Assembly: GCF_001194135.2 (NCBI RefSeq)
Contig: NC_068985.1
Location: 3,781,375-3,843,433 of the forward strand
From: Octopus bimaculoides
Taxonomy: Eukaryota
Reading direction: 5' to 3'
DNA: 62,059 nt
The notes below the pieces were generated by a model. The model was given only the letters and a program-made list of their open reading frames with translations, was not told the DNA's origin and ran no database searches. Numbering within the stretch: position 1 is the stretch's first letter; every line of letters begins with the position of its first letter. The translations under genes and the position numbers were made by a program. Shown piece after piece: positions 1 to 11,944 of the stretch.

Positions 1-444
1 CGGTAGAAGGTGAGCAAGGAGTAAGTCCAAATCCTGGATTGCTAGTTTGTTACATGCGCGCCGAAGTGCGACTCATGGGTCGGGTTATTATATATGGACG
101 AAAACGCGACCAGACGGTTAAGAAGTTCTCCCTGAAATCCTTCGTTTCTTGGTTCGAATAAACTTCTCCGTGCCTTGCACATCTATCCCCTACATTAACC
201 TCAAGTTAATAAATATTTTAGAAATGGCATTTGGCACAAAGAAACTAAGTTTACGAATTTTCGGTCGAGAAACTGATGTTGGTATCCATACGCGACTCGC
301 CATACGCGACTCGCCAATTTAGCTGCTTGACAAATAGAATAAAATTATTACTGCAATTAAACACTGCAGTCGATATGATTGGCTAAAACACGTACCAACT
401 ACACTCTACACTACAGTTCAATTATGGAGACATGGAAAATGCAT

Positions 445-660
445 GCATACATACATAGATTAGATAGATAAACAGATAGATAGATAGACAGTTAGATAGA
501 TAGACAGACAGAGAGATAAATAGGTAGACAGACAAATAAATAGATAGATAAATAAATAAATAGATAGATAGATAAATAGATAGATAGATAGATAAGTAGA
601 TAGAGAGATAGAGAAATATATATATATATATATATATATATAGATAGATAGATAGATATG
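445..660. repeat. Compound (GATA)n/(GACA)n/(TA)n microsatellite
   Basis: Tandem tetra- and dinucleotide repeats read directly. Confidence 0.95.
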
Positions 661-724
661 TTTCTTTATTAGCCACACAGGGCTCAACATAGAGGGGACA
701 AAATACAAATGTAGAGTTTTTCTT
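661..724 (-). mobile_element. 3' terminus of Tx1-like LINE (runs into gap)
   Basis: tttctttattagccacacagggctcaacatagaggggacaaaatacaaatgtagag matches the 3' UTR end of the Tx1-like copy at 55348-55420; abuts (GATA)n. Confidence 0.75.
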
Positions 725-1662
725 NNNNNNNNNNNNNNNNNNNNNNNNNNNNNNNNNNNNNNNNNNNNNNNNNNNNNNNNNNNNNNNNNNNNNNNNNNNN
801 NNNNNNNNNNNNNNNNNNNNNNNNNNNNNNNNNNNNNNNNNNNNNNNNNNNNNNNNNNNNNNNNNNNNNNNNNNNNNNNNNNNNNNNNNNNNNNNNNNNN
901 NNNNNNNNNNNNNNNNNNNNNNNNNNNNNNNNNNNNNNNNNNNNNNNNNNNNNNNNNNNNNNNNNNNNNNNNNNNNNNNNNNNNNNNNNNNNNNNNNNNN
1001 NNNNNNNNNNNNNNNNNNNNNNNNNNNNNNNNNNNNNNNNNNNNNNNNNNNNNNNNNNNNNNNNNNNNNNNNNNNNNNNNNNNNNNNNNNNNNNNNNNNN
1101 NNNNNNNNNNNNNNNNNNNNNNNNNNNNNNNNNNNNNNNNNNNNNNNNNNNNNNNNNNNNNNNNNNNNNNNNNNNNNNNNNNNNNNNNNNNNNNNNNNNN
1201 NNNNNNNNNNNNNNNNNNNNNNNNNNNNNNNNNNNNNNNNNNNNNNNNNNNNNNNNNNNNNNNNNNNNNNNNNNNNNNNNNNNNNNNNNNNNNNNNNNNN
1301 NNNNNNNNNNNNNNNNNNNNNNNNNNNNNNNNNNNNNNNNNNNNNNNNNNNNNNNNNNNNNNNNNNNNNNNNNNNNNNNNNNNNNNNNNNNNNNNNNNNN
1401 NNNNNNNNNNNNNNNNNNNNNNNNNNNNNNNNNNNNNNNNNNNNNNNNNNNNNNNNNNNNNNNNNNNNNNNNNNNNNNNNNNNNNNNNNNNNNNNNNNNN
1501 NNNNNNNNNNNNNNNNNNNNNNNNNNNNNNNNNNNNNNNNNNNNNNNNNNNNNNNNNNNNNNNNNNNNNNNNNNNNNNNNNNNNNNNNNNNNNNNNNNNN
1601 NNNNNNNNNNNNNNNNNNNNNNNNNNNNNNNNNNNNNNNNNNNNNNNNNNNNNNNNNNNNNN
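725..1662. other. Assembly gap (largest of 18 N-runs)
   Basis: Other gaps (approx.): 4611-5061, 5968-5977, 11432-11923, 14320-14329, 15089-15098, 17272-18026, 19145-19336, 21735-22249, 28650-28862, 34201-34500, 35599-35948, 39627-40458, 48266-48275, 53128-53257, 56093-56102, 56378-56870, 57840-58006. Most are flanked by microsatellites. Confidence 0.99.
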
Positions 1663-1733
1663 AGGTAGATAGATAGATAGATGGATAGATGGATAGATGG
1701 ATAGATAGATAGATGGATAGATGGATAGATACA

Positions 1734-1757
1734 TTTCTTTTATTAGCCACACAGGGC
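1734..1757 (-). mobile_element. 24-nt stub of Tx1-like LINE 3' end embedded in (GATA)n
   Basis: tttctttattagccacacagggc is identical to 661-683 and has GATA/GGAT repeats on both sides. Confidence 0.65.
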
Positions 1758-1782
1758 ATAGATAGATAGATAGGTAGGTAGG

Positions 1783-1833
<51 letters not shown>

Positions 1834-1959
1834 GCAGATGGATAGATAGATAGGCAGATGAATAGATAGATAAATAGATAGATAGATATATAGATAGATG
1901 GATAGATAGATAAATAGATAGGCTGATAGAGGTAAACTTTAGACTCCATTTGTGTTCTG

Positions 1960-2158
<199 letters not shown>

Positions 2159-2849
2159 ATTATGAATAGTTAACCGAGTGAATGTCCAGTACAGTAACAA
2201 TGAATTTGGAGATTAATACAACGGTGTATTCTCTTTTTTTAAAAATCTTTTCTGCTGTCAATTACAACATATTTGATTTAGATTTGTCTGACGCACGTTT
2301 CTGCTGCAAAACATCCATCAATTTCACTTGCACCCAGTTACTTGCAACTAATCATTTGTCTATGTACCTTTGTTCAAAGTCCACCCATTGACTTGGACTG
2401 AAGCGTGCTAAGTGTATGGAGTTTTGGCTAGCGATATATTTGGTTGTTCAGTACAGTTTTTGAGCGGAAAGACTGTGAGAGGAAGGTTTCGTAATCTAAG
2501 ATTGCATTGATGACTCTCAGCTGACCTAAGGCTTGAATTTCCAGGTGAGAATAGTTGGACTTTAATGATTTCAGATTGTATTTAAAAACCCTAATATTAA
2601 GTTGAATGGGAATTGGTGAATTTAGATATTGTGCACAGTTATTGGTTACTATTTTAGATAAAATTAAAACATGAATATTTAAATAAGTAAAAGTTTGTGA
2701 GGTCAACCTGATTATGTTTTTCCCAATGAATCAAGTCTTAATTTACCTGTAGTTTCTTCGTTCTATGTGCGTTGCATAGAAGATATATTCCATATTTTCA
2801 TGTCCAAAAAACCAGCTGCTTAATTGTACGAAAGAACAAGGACTAAGAT

Positions 2850-3353
2850 AAGGTGATAGTATGTTGTTAATTTAATGTGACAGTCCCATAAAAAGGAAGA
2901 ATGCTACTGCTATTTTGCTCTAGGAAACACCGTTTCCTGTTGGACTTGACACATTTCCTGTGTTCTTATGTTTTAAAAGTGGACACAATCACCTCCACCC
3001 AGCAAAGCTAGCAAAAATCAGAGAATGTATTCCACTTGAAATATATGTTTTGAAAGGCGGATAAGCATCGACAGCTAGCAAGCCATGCTACTCCAGACTG
3101 ATGATGAGCAATGACTCTGAAACTAGTCTCTGGATGCTAGCTTTGCTGGGTGGAGGTGCTGCTTATCTCCCCTTTGAAAACATAAGGACACAAGAAATGT
3201 GTCAAGGTCAACAGGAAGCGGTGCTTCTTAGGGCTAAATAACAGTAGCATTCTTCCTTTTCATGGGACTGTCATTAAGTTGGCAACATACTATCACTTTA
3301 TAATACTGCTACGGCATAAATCTCTCTGAGAGATCTAGAAATGTATTATTTCT
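2850..3353 (+). mobile_element. Non-coding foldback retroelement, family A copy 1 (Penelope-like architecture, hammerhead in spacer)
   Basis: Inverted arms about 2850-3013 and 3135-3299; unpaired 3' tail 3300-3353; 12-bp direct repeat aaggactaagat at 2838-2849 and 3354-3365; homologous to 49703-50040. Confidence 0.85.
3092..3134 (+). ncRNA. Minimal type I hammerhead ribozyme motif (helix II base imperfect)
   Basis: tccaga-CTGATGA-tgag(caatga)ctct-GAAA-ctag-TC-tctgga: 6-bp helix I, conserved core, palindromic CTAG helix III, GUC cleavage triplet. Confidence 0.75.
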
Positions 3354-4323
3354 AAGGACTAAGATGTGCACACCTTTACAGAAGGGCATTTAAATATCTC
3401 CATAGAAAAGATTTTAAATAAGCACCGCGAAAATGGGAAGTGCCTGGCTTTATATGGTAACTGTCAATCTGGTTTGCTTATATCAAGATGTAATTAATGT
3501 TTTTCATATCATGAACTACATATTTGAAAATTTCTGCAACCCACAGAGGACGAAGAAACTACAGGTAAATTCAAACCTGATTCTTCTGGAATGTCCCGGT
3601 TCAAGGATTATGTGCAGGCTCGTTTTAAACGCCATCTGCGCAGGGTATCGTAAACGAACAGGCGAAATGGCGTCTCAACTCTTAGCAGCCTCATTTGTGC
3701 AGAGACCGGCCGATTCATTCACTTGCTGCTTTTTAAACAGCTGTTCTTATGACTATTACTCCACATTATGGATAGCAACTAATGTTTTGCAGGCATACCA
3801 CTTTACGAGGTGAACCCAGCGTCTATATTTTATTCTGTCGTAGTAAGCTTATGTACAGGGCTTTTGTAATCAATTATATATGAACACGACTGAAGTATTC
3901 CTTCAATTGTGTTGACTTGTCGAACTTCATAATTTATGACCAACCTCAAAATTTCTTGTTCAGTGAAATAAAAGTGATTGTTACATGTTTGCTTTGGTGT
4001 TGTTTTATATTTACAAGCAGCACCACATGCATATCACACAAACAACAAATTGATAATAAGATTGGAATTGTCAGTGGTGGGCAAGACATGCTGCGCCAGC
4101 TTGACACACCTCTCCAAGGGATGTGCACTAATGAGGGCTGGGGCATTATATTACTCAACAATAGACACCTTCTCAATAAACGCAATGCCTTAGAGATTTG
4201 CGGTATACACCAGAAAAATCGAGCATTCCGAAATTGCCCGACCGGAGACGACTTTCGACAAAATAAATAAGTTCATTGCTGACATTCGAATTGACATAGT
4301 GGCTACAGCCAGGCTGTTCTAGA

Positions 4324-4530
4324 GGTGGCAGAAACGTTACCACGCCGGGTGAAATGCTTAGTGGTATTTCGTTTGTCTTTTCGTTATGAGTTCAAATTCC
4401 GCCGAGGTCGACTTTGCCTTTCATCGTTTCGGGGTCGATAAATTAAGTAGCAGTTGCGTACTGGGGTCGATCTTATCGACTGGTCCTCTCCCCCAAAATT
4501 TCGGGCCTTGTGCCTAGAGTAGAAAAGATT
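4324..4530 (+). mobile_element. tRNA-derived SINE, family S1 (tail type 1)
   Basis: ggcagaaacgtta...gagttcaaattcc (A/B box-like), body gtcgactttgcctttcatc, tail cccccaaaatttcgggccttgtgcctagagtagaaaaga; more than 10 related copies in the window. Confidence 0.9.
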
Positions 4531-5135
4531 AATATAATCAGTATTGTTTAGTAACACTTTATACGTGAACGCTCTATATGTACCCCTGTACATGCATACA
4601 AATATACATANNNNNNNNNNNNNNNNNNNNNNNNNNNNNNNNNNNNNNNNNNNNNNNNNNNNNNNNNNNNNNNNNNNNNNNNNNNNNNNNNNNNNNNNNN
4701 NNNNNNNNNNNNNNNNNNNNNNNNNNNNNNNNNNNNNNNNNNNNNNNNNNNNNNNNNNNNNNNNNNNNNNNNNNNNNNNNNNNNNNNNNNNNNNNNNNNN
4801 NNNNNNNNNNNNNNNNNNNNNNNNNNNNNNNNNNNNNNNNNNNNNNNNNNNNNNNNNNNNNNNNNNNNNNNNNNNNNNNNNNNNNNNNNNNNNNNNNNNN
4901 NNNNNNNNNNNNNNNNNNNNNNNNNNNNNNNNNNNNNNNNNNNNNNNNNNNNNNNNNNNNNNNNNNNNNNNNNNNNNNNNNNNNNNNNNNNNNNNNNNNN
5001 NNNNNNNNNNNNNNNNNNNNNNNNNNNNNNNNNNNNNNNNNNNNNNNNNNNNNNNNNNNNNTATCGACTGGTCCTCTCCCCCAAAATTTCGGGCCTTGTG
5101 CCTAGAGTAGAAAAGATTAATATAATCAGTATTGT

Positions 5136-5441
5136 TTAGTAACACTTTATACGTGAACGCTCTATATGTACCCCTGTACATGCATACAAATATACATACA
5201 TACATACATGCATGCAGGCATGCATACATACATATATACATACATACATGCATGCATACAAACATACATACATACATACATACAAGCTTGCATACATACA
5301 TACATACATGAATACATACATACATACATACATACATATATGAATAATGACATACATATATTCATGCATACATACATACATACATACATACATACATGCA
5401 TGCATGCATACATACATGCATACATACATACATACATACAT
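5136..5441. repeat. (CATA)n microsatellite
   Basis: Direct reading. Confidence 0.9.
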
Positions 5442-5702
5442 GTAGGAATGCTTTTTGTTATTGGTTTCATTATTTTTCGCAGTGAGACCCTACCAAGTCA
5501 CAGACTTCGTGAGTGGGTTTCAAACGACTACATCGACTCCCTTTTGTTTTCCTGTTCTCTATTTTATCGATCTCGAGCGTTGAGAACAGAATATTTTGCT
5601 AGAATATTTTGTCTCATGTCGAGTTTGTCTAAATACAAGTCTCTCTCGAATCGGCCTCTATATAAGGTCTAGAATATTTAATACTTGGTTAATAGTTGCA
5701 TT

Positions 5703-6281
5703 GAAGGCGCGTGGCTTAGTGGTTAGGGCATTCGACTCGCGATCGTAAGGTCGTAAAAGGCGGCGAGCTGGCAGAGTGGTTAGCACGCCGGACGAAATGC
5801 TTAACGGTATTTCGCCTGCCGCTACGTTCTGAGTTCAAATCCCGCCGAGATCGACTTTGCCTTTCATCCTTTCGCGGTCGATAAATTAAGTACCAGTTGC
5901 GTACTTAGGTCGATCAGATCGACTGGCCCCTCCCCCAAAATTTTGGGCCTTATGCCTAGATTAGAAANNNNNNNNNNTATGCCTAGATTAGAAAAGGATC
6001 GTAAGGTCATGAGTTCAATTCCCGGGGACACGTTGTGTCCTTGAGCAAGACACTTTATTTCACGTTGCTCCAGTCTACTCAGCTGGCAAAAATGAGTTGT
6101 ACCTGTAATTAAAATGGCTAGCCTTGTCACACTGTGTGTCACCCTGAATCTCCCTGAAAATTATGTTAAGGGAACACGTGTCTGTGGAGTGCTCAGCCAC
6201 TTGCACGTTAATTTCACGAGCAAGCTGTTCCGTTGATCGTATCAGCTGGGATTCTCGCCGTCGTAACCGACGGAGTGCTCC
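5703..6281 (+). mobile_element. tRNA-derived SINE, family S2, interrupted by an S1 insertion
   Basis: Head ggcgcgtggcttagtggttagg...gagttcaattccc; body ccttgagcaagacac; 14-bp TSD ttaatagttgcatt at 5689-5702 and 6282-6295. Confidence 0.9.
5759..5996 (+). mobile_element. SINE S1 nested in the S2 tRNA head
   Basis: Full head ggcggcgagctggcag; TSD gatcgtaaggtc at 5741-5752 and 5997-6008. Confidence 0.9.
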
Positions 6282-6523
6282 TTAATAGTTGCATTAAGGG
6301 CTCATATCTGTGCTTCTAATATTAGTAAAGTTGATAATATTAACATAAACCACACGTTACAGAGTCGATGGTATCCAGCGATCATTGGCGTCTAGACAGA
6401 GATGGAAAGGGATCTTTAGTAGACACCTCATAATGAATATCTTTCGGAGTATTAGAGACAGAAGCAGTTAAAACAAATTCTAATAATGATATGTGGAACA
6501 GAGTACAATTGCTGCATATAACA

Positions 6524-6696
6524 TTGGCACAAGGCCGGCAATTTCGACCTTGGTGTTTCACTGGTACTTATTTTATGGAGCTCGAAAGGATGAATGGCAA
6601 AGTCGACCTAAGAGGAAATTTAAACGTAGAACGTAAACGGACGAAATACCGCTAAGCATTTTGTCCGGCGTGCTAACGACTCTATCATATCGCCGC
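6524..6696 (-). mobile_element. SINE S1, diverged
   Basis: Reverse-complement similarity to 4324-4530 (ggcaaagtcgacc, gaaataccgctaagcatt, ccggcgtgctaacg). Confidence 0.8.
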
Positions 6697-8980
6697 ATTT
6701 ACTGTAATTGATAGCTGTAACAAGTTAAGATTTGTCTGGTGCATAAAAAACCATGCAGTGAATCAGGAAGTTTTTATAAGAATGATGTCTTTCGTGGAGA
6801 GAAATAATTATTAACTTTAGGCAAAAAAAAACAAAACAAAAAAAAAACAAAGACGAGAGCGTAACAACCCTGAAATATAAATTTCACCCTACCATTTTCG
6901 ATCCACTACGGAAAGAAACCCCAGCAGTAATACTGGAATTATACCTACTTATCCACGCGGGTTACTTGAGGGCTGGACATGGTGTCTCATGTTTAACCAT
7001 GGCCATCGATACCTTGACGGAGGTTGATCTCAGTACTCAAAGAGCCAGACGTGATACCGCAAGACAATTCGTCCGATGTTCAAACAATTCGTCCGATCCA
7101 TTAGTCTGAAATGATCCATTATTTATCGATACTGAAAGGTTTAAATACAAGACTGATTTCAACGGGATTTGAATTCGTATCTTCGAGAGTCAGGACAAAT
7201 ACTTCAATGCATTCTAACCGACATTCTAACGACTCTGCTAGTTCATCACCGGACCAAGTCCAGTGATGTTTCCGCCCTATTACGTTCTCCTCATGATGTC
7301 TAATATTTACTTCGAAACAAAGATCACAATAAAGATGTAGAGACTTTTTCATGCATATGCATCAAGTGGGTAACTTGAAATGCTCGCTTTATCCCATAAT
7401 TCACAGCGATTACGCCCCCTCTACTTCCTGTCTTTCCTATCTATTCAATTTTCCATTCCTGCAGATCATTACTGGAACGCAACATTATTCTGTCGAAGGC
7501 TTTATAAAGCGTCGGTTTCTCTTCCAATTTTCACGGTAACTGCTCTTCTACATTCAGACTGGTTACATCCTCTTGATGATGGCAATCGATGTTCTGACAT
7601 TCCAAAGAAATATTACCATGCTTCTGATTTCCTGCTTAAATCTCACTTGAATCAACATACACATCTCTTGAGAAATCTCCTTATAGTGTAAGAAAAACAG
7701 CGCATCCAGTCTCCACTGAAGATTAATATCTGATGAGAGTCAAAAACTGAGCCATAAATATTTATTCAATGGTAAACACGACATCTGATAAATGCATGCA
7801 TTACTAACTCTTAGAAACGTCTTGAAGCCATCATTATATTTCAAATCTTTATATCGTGTATACATATACAAACATGCGAACAAACATATACACATATATA
7901 ACTATGTGGATGTATTCAAAACAGAGATAATAAAGCAGAAAATTTGCTATCAGGCCCTACGGTGGTTACAAATGAAATTTTAAACCGTTCAAGCTGTCTT
8001 GTTAATTATTTTTCATCTCATTTCACTGCGAGATTAAAAGTTGAAATTATACAAACAATAGAAGCAAATTAATTTAATATTTCGCCCAAGTTGTTTGTCT
8101 TTCAAATCAAGTAGTATTGTTTGTCTTTCAAATCAAGTGCTATTGATTCAGTACTTGAATTACAAGCAGTGAAGTAGATGTACCAATTTTTGTAAAAACC
8201 GTAATATAGAACTTGAACTGTTTCGCCCGGAGAAGTTTGTCAATAGTGGAAAATTTAAATTACAAATAAAATCAAAACAGATTTTTAACCGAAAGAAAAT
8301 ATTGTTCGTTAATAAAAAAATAAATATCCACGCTTTGAGTTGAAATACGATCTTATAATTTCCTACAAAAGACTAAAAATAAATTTTAATTTGTAGTTGC
8401 CAGGTTGTGATTGAAATTGTTTTTTTTTTTTTTCGCATTTATTTCTGAATTGAGAAACCGAGAACAAAATTGTGAAAATGTGAACTTGGTGTAGTAAATA
8501 GGAAGGAAATATTATATGTGTCTCTTTTTTTTTTTTTTGAAATAAATTTGAAAGAAAAGGAAAAAGGAAGATTACGGGAATGTTTATTTTAAGTAAAACT
8601 GATTGATTACGTCAGATGTACTACAGTAACAAACAGATATCCATGAATGTTATGGGAATATAATATTCTTGATAATAAAAATGATGTCTGCACGAAGTAC
8701 ATGGGTCATAAAGCTTAGTTTGTAGAAGCGAGTATATTTGATATCGACCCTTCTTCTGGCCCGTAAACAGAAGAAAAACTCAATTGACTGTGCATCTTGA
8801 TAGAGAACCGGTCGTTTGGTTTGGCAATGGTGGGCAGTATACTCGCATGATCATCACACGGGAGACAATGGATGCTAGACAGAGTTCAAATATTGAGTCT
8901 GTCCCAGGTCATTATCGACGAGAACAACCTCGTCCAATGAAAATGAAGTTGGCGAAAAATTCAATAGTTCTTTTATCTAG

Positions 8981-9322
8981 TCTTTATTTCAGTCATTACG
9001 TTGTGGCCATACTAGAGCATCGTCTTGAAGTATTTTTAGTCGAATGAATCGACCCTAGTACTTATTTTTACAAAGCCTGGTACGTGTGCCATTGCTCTAT
9101 TTTGTCCAACCGCTAGGTTACAGGGACGTAAATAAACCAACTACGGCCGTCAAACGGTAGTGGAGGACAAATATAAGAACACTTATAATGACGGGCTTCT
9201 TTCAATTTCCATCTAACAAATCCACTCACAAGGCTTTGGTCGATTCGAGGCAGTAGTAAAAAACACTTGCCCAAGCTGCCATGCAGTGGGACTGAACCCA
9301 TATGGTTGGGAAGCCAGCTTCT
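8981..9322 (-). mobile_element. tRNA-derived SINE, family S3, diverged
   Basis: Reverse complement of the head (ggttcagtcccactgcatggcagcttgggcaagtg) and 3' module (ttacgtccctgtaac...gtcgattc) also seen at 60611-60975. Confidence 0.75.
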
Positions 9323-10859
9323 TTATTTCATGAAATTTGCCACAAGGGCAGTACACAGATAGAAGCAGGGCAGGCTGGACAGAAACACAAATGAGATGAA
9401 ATGATAACAAAATATGATATTGATGAGAGGAGCAACGACGCCCGCCGATCGATTGCCCCTCGAAAACACTGTTCTTTTTTCTCTTTTTTTTTTCAAACAA
9501 TTATAATCACATAAATTGAGGCGCTAAGCCTCATTGTCCATGATTCCCTATCAGGTCCCTATCAGGTCCCTATCAGGCAATCCTGCAGCTCCACAGCTTC
9601 TTACCACATAGCCACGCCAGCGCCTATGTTAGGAATATTCTTTTCGTAAGTTAATGGAGAGGGAAAAAGGAAGTGCTCCTCATTGAGATTAATGCGGTTA
9701 ATATTCGTAGGTCAAAGAAGAGCATGAGTCGTGGCAGAATTCCAGAAGATTACATTTATAGAGAAAAACTGGCGGAAATGTTTAGAGCTGGGTCTAAACA
9801 TGGAAGAAAATATATAAGGGACTGTTGAGTGCGGTGGGCCCTCTGGACGTTAGTGGCGAGTGTATGCAGCTAACTAATTCTGACGAACACAGATACGAGT
9901 ATGTGTGGAACTTGCTATGAGTAGAGAATAACTCTTCCGTTAGGTTTTCGCTCAGAAGATGTCCACTTGCATGAGTTATTCCAAATGGTTATTCCAGATG
10001 TTATTTCAAATGGTTATTCCAAATTTAAGGTTTACAAATACAATATTCATTGATACAATAAATATGTTTGTTGCTAAGTTCGCCGCGACTCAGCAAGTGA
10101 GAATCTTTTTGCTTAGCAATATACATTAATACTGGAACAATTAACATCAGTTCCTATCAACAAAAGCACAGCTACATTTTAATCAATGTTCTAGAATCAC
10201 GCAGGGTTGTTACATTTGCCAGAATACTATATAAGACCAGTATAAAGCAGAGGCAACATATTTTCGGCTGAGCAGGTGGAAGCAATGGCAAATGAAGTAC
10301 ATAGTCAGAGATACAAAGCCCCACCTGATCTGGGAGGAGTCAAACTAACGACAACACGATCGAGAGTTCAATCGTCAAAAAGAAAACGACATGCGCCGCC
10401 ATTGCCTCTAATACAATCTAATTATTATGGATTCTTCAGTAAAACTGTGGCACTCGAGAATTTCTCCATTTGCACTTGTAAAATTCTTGTAGAATAAAGA
10501 AAAGCATAAAAGTAAAAACAAACAAAATGTTTCCCCTTGAAATTTTAATTTAAGTTTGTAACAAACTTATTTCAAAGGTTGAGATGAAAGAAAAACTTGC
10601 TTCTTCCTCTCCACAAAGTGTTAAGAATTAATTCTGAAGTGTTTAAATAATTCACTTTGGTTTATGTCATAAGTAAAATGACTCTTGGAACGATGATGGC
10701 GGAAAAACTAAAATTAAGAAAGAAAATACGTCTTGTAATTTGTCGTCGAGGTAAATAAGAAAAACCGATGATTACTTTCGAGTACTTCAGTTTATTCATT
10801 TTATTTTATTATCTCACCTTAATTAAGACTGCAAGCTAGAAAAATAGTTAGATGGATTG

Positions 10860-11040
10860 AAAAATGCTCCGCTAGAATTCTTCCGGCTCTTTAAGTTTTG
10901 ATTTCAAATCCCGTCGCGAATTTGAACTTTGCCGTTTATCATTTCGCAGATGATGAAGTAATAAACTAATCAAGCAGAAGGATCGAGGGAATCGGATAAT
11001 ACCCAATCTCAGTTATTGGCTCTATGTCTAACTTAAAATG
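10860..11040 (+). mobile_element. Highly decayed SINE S1-like copy
   Basis: Residual ttcaaatccc...gaactttgccgtttatcatttcg motif. Confidence 0.5.
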
Positions 11041-11081
11041 GATTATTATTATTATTATTCAGTAGTTTTATTATTATTATT

Positions 11082-11402
11082 CAGTAGTTTTATTTTTATA
11101 ACGTGCTTTCACTTCGTTACCGAGCGCAGCTCTGTGTGCCTTGGGTATGTGCTGTGGTTTGCTGTGATGCTCTTATGGTTACTGTATTGAAAGTGTTTTG
11201 CGTAGGATGTGTGCAGTGCCCAGTAGTGCAATTTTCTGTATGTTATATATATTTGTAAGTCCTGGTGTTTTTGTTATGTATTTGTCTGAATATTTTTTTA
11301 TTATACCTAAGGCACCTACTACGATAGGAATTGTTTCTGTTTTTAGATTCCACATTCGAGTTACCTCTATTTCCAGGTCTTTGTATTTTGAAAGTTTCTC
11401 CT
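11082..11402 (-). mobile_element. 5'-truncated R4/Dong-like LINE 3' end (RLE C-terminus plus 3' UTR)
   Basis: Minus strand encodes KIQ/KYKDLEIEVTRMWNLKTETIPIVVGALGIIKKYSDKYITKTPGLTNIYNIQKIALLGTAHILRKTLSIQ*, typical of R4-clade C-termini; (TAA)n on both sides. Confidence 0.85.
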
Positions 11403-11944
11403 ATTATTATTATTATTATTATTATTATTATNNNNNNNNNNNNNNNNNNNNNNNNNNNNNNNNNNNNNNNNNNNNNNNNNNNNNNNNNNNNNNNNNNNNN
11501 NNNNNNNNNNNNNNNNNNNNNNNNNNNNNNNNNNNNNNNNNNNNNNNNNNNNNNNNNNNNNNNNNNNNNNNNNNNNNNNNNNNNNNNNNNNNNNNNNNNN
11601 NNNNNNNNNNNNNNNNNNNNNNNNNNNNNNNNNNNNNNNNNNNNNNNNNNNNNNNNNNNNNNNNNNNNNNNNNNNNNNNNNNNNNNNNNNNNNNNNNNNN
11701 NNNNNNNNNNNNNNNNNNNNNNNNNNNNNNNNNNNNNNNNNNNNNNNNNNNNNNNNNNNNNNNNNNNNNNNNNNNNNNNNNNNNNNNNNNNNNNNNNNNN
11801 NNNNNNNNNNNNNNNNNNNNNNNNNNNNNNNNNNNNNNNNNNNNNNNNNNNNNNNNNNNNNNNNNNNNNNNNNNNNNNNNNNNNNNNNNNNNNNNNNNNN
11901 NNNNNNNNNNNNNNNNNNNNNNNCATCATCATCATCATCATTAT

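Noticed and set aside
2850-3353. Interpretation of family A as a classical MITE or Helitron
   Set aside because: Termini are asymmetric (unpaired tail) and TSDs are 12 and 13 bp in the two copies. This is inconsistent with fixed-TSD DDE MITEs and with TSD-less Helitrons, despite a hairpin-CTAG motif in copy 1.
3917-4270. ORFs near 3.9-4.3 kb, including minus-strand HPLERCVKLAQHV resembling a transposase C-terminal ERxxKL motif
   Set aside because: The match is too short and interrupted by stops to support a call.
4465-5205. About 145-bp direct repeat on either side of gap 4611-5061 (similar cases at 5951/5978, 14205/14362, 56056/56103)
   Set aside because: Identical or near-identical sequence on both sides of a gap indicates overlapping contig ends left unmerged, not a biological tandem duplication.
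7465-7535. Candidate 71-nt internal exon (polypyrimidine-CAG acceptor, CG/GTAACT donor)
   Set aside because: Splice-like signals of this quality are common by chance; the peptide is unrecognised.
7725-7775. CTGATGA-gagt(caaaa)act hammerhead-like start
   Set aside because: Followed by gagcc rather than GAAA; no helix III or cleavage site.
9870-9925. CTGACGA-acaca...tgtgt-GGAA possible hammerhead
   Set aside because: Core GAAA is altered, and helices I and III cannot be paired convincingly.
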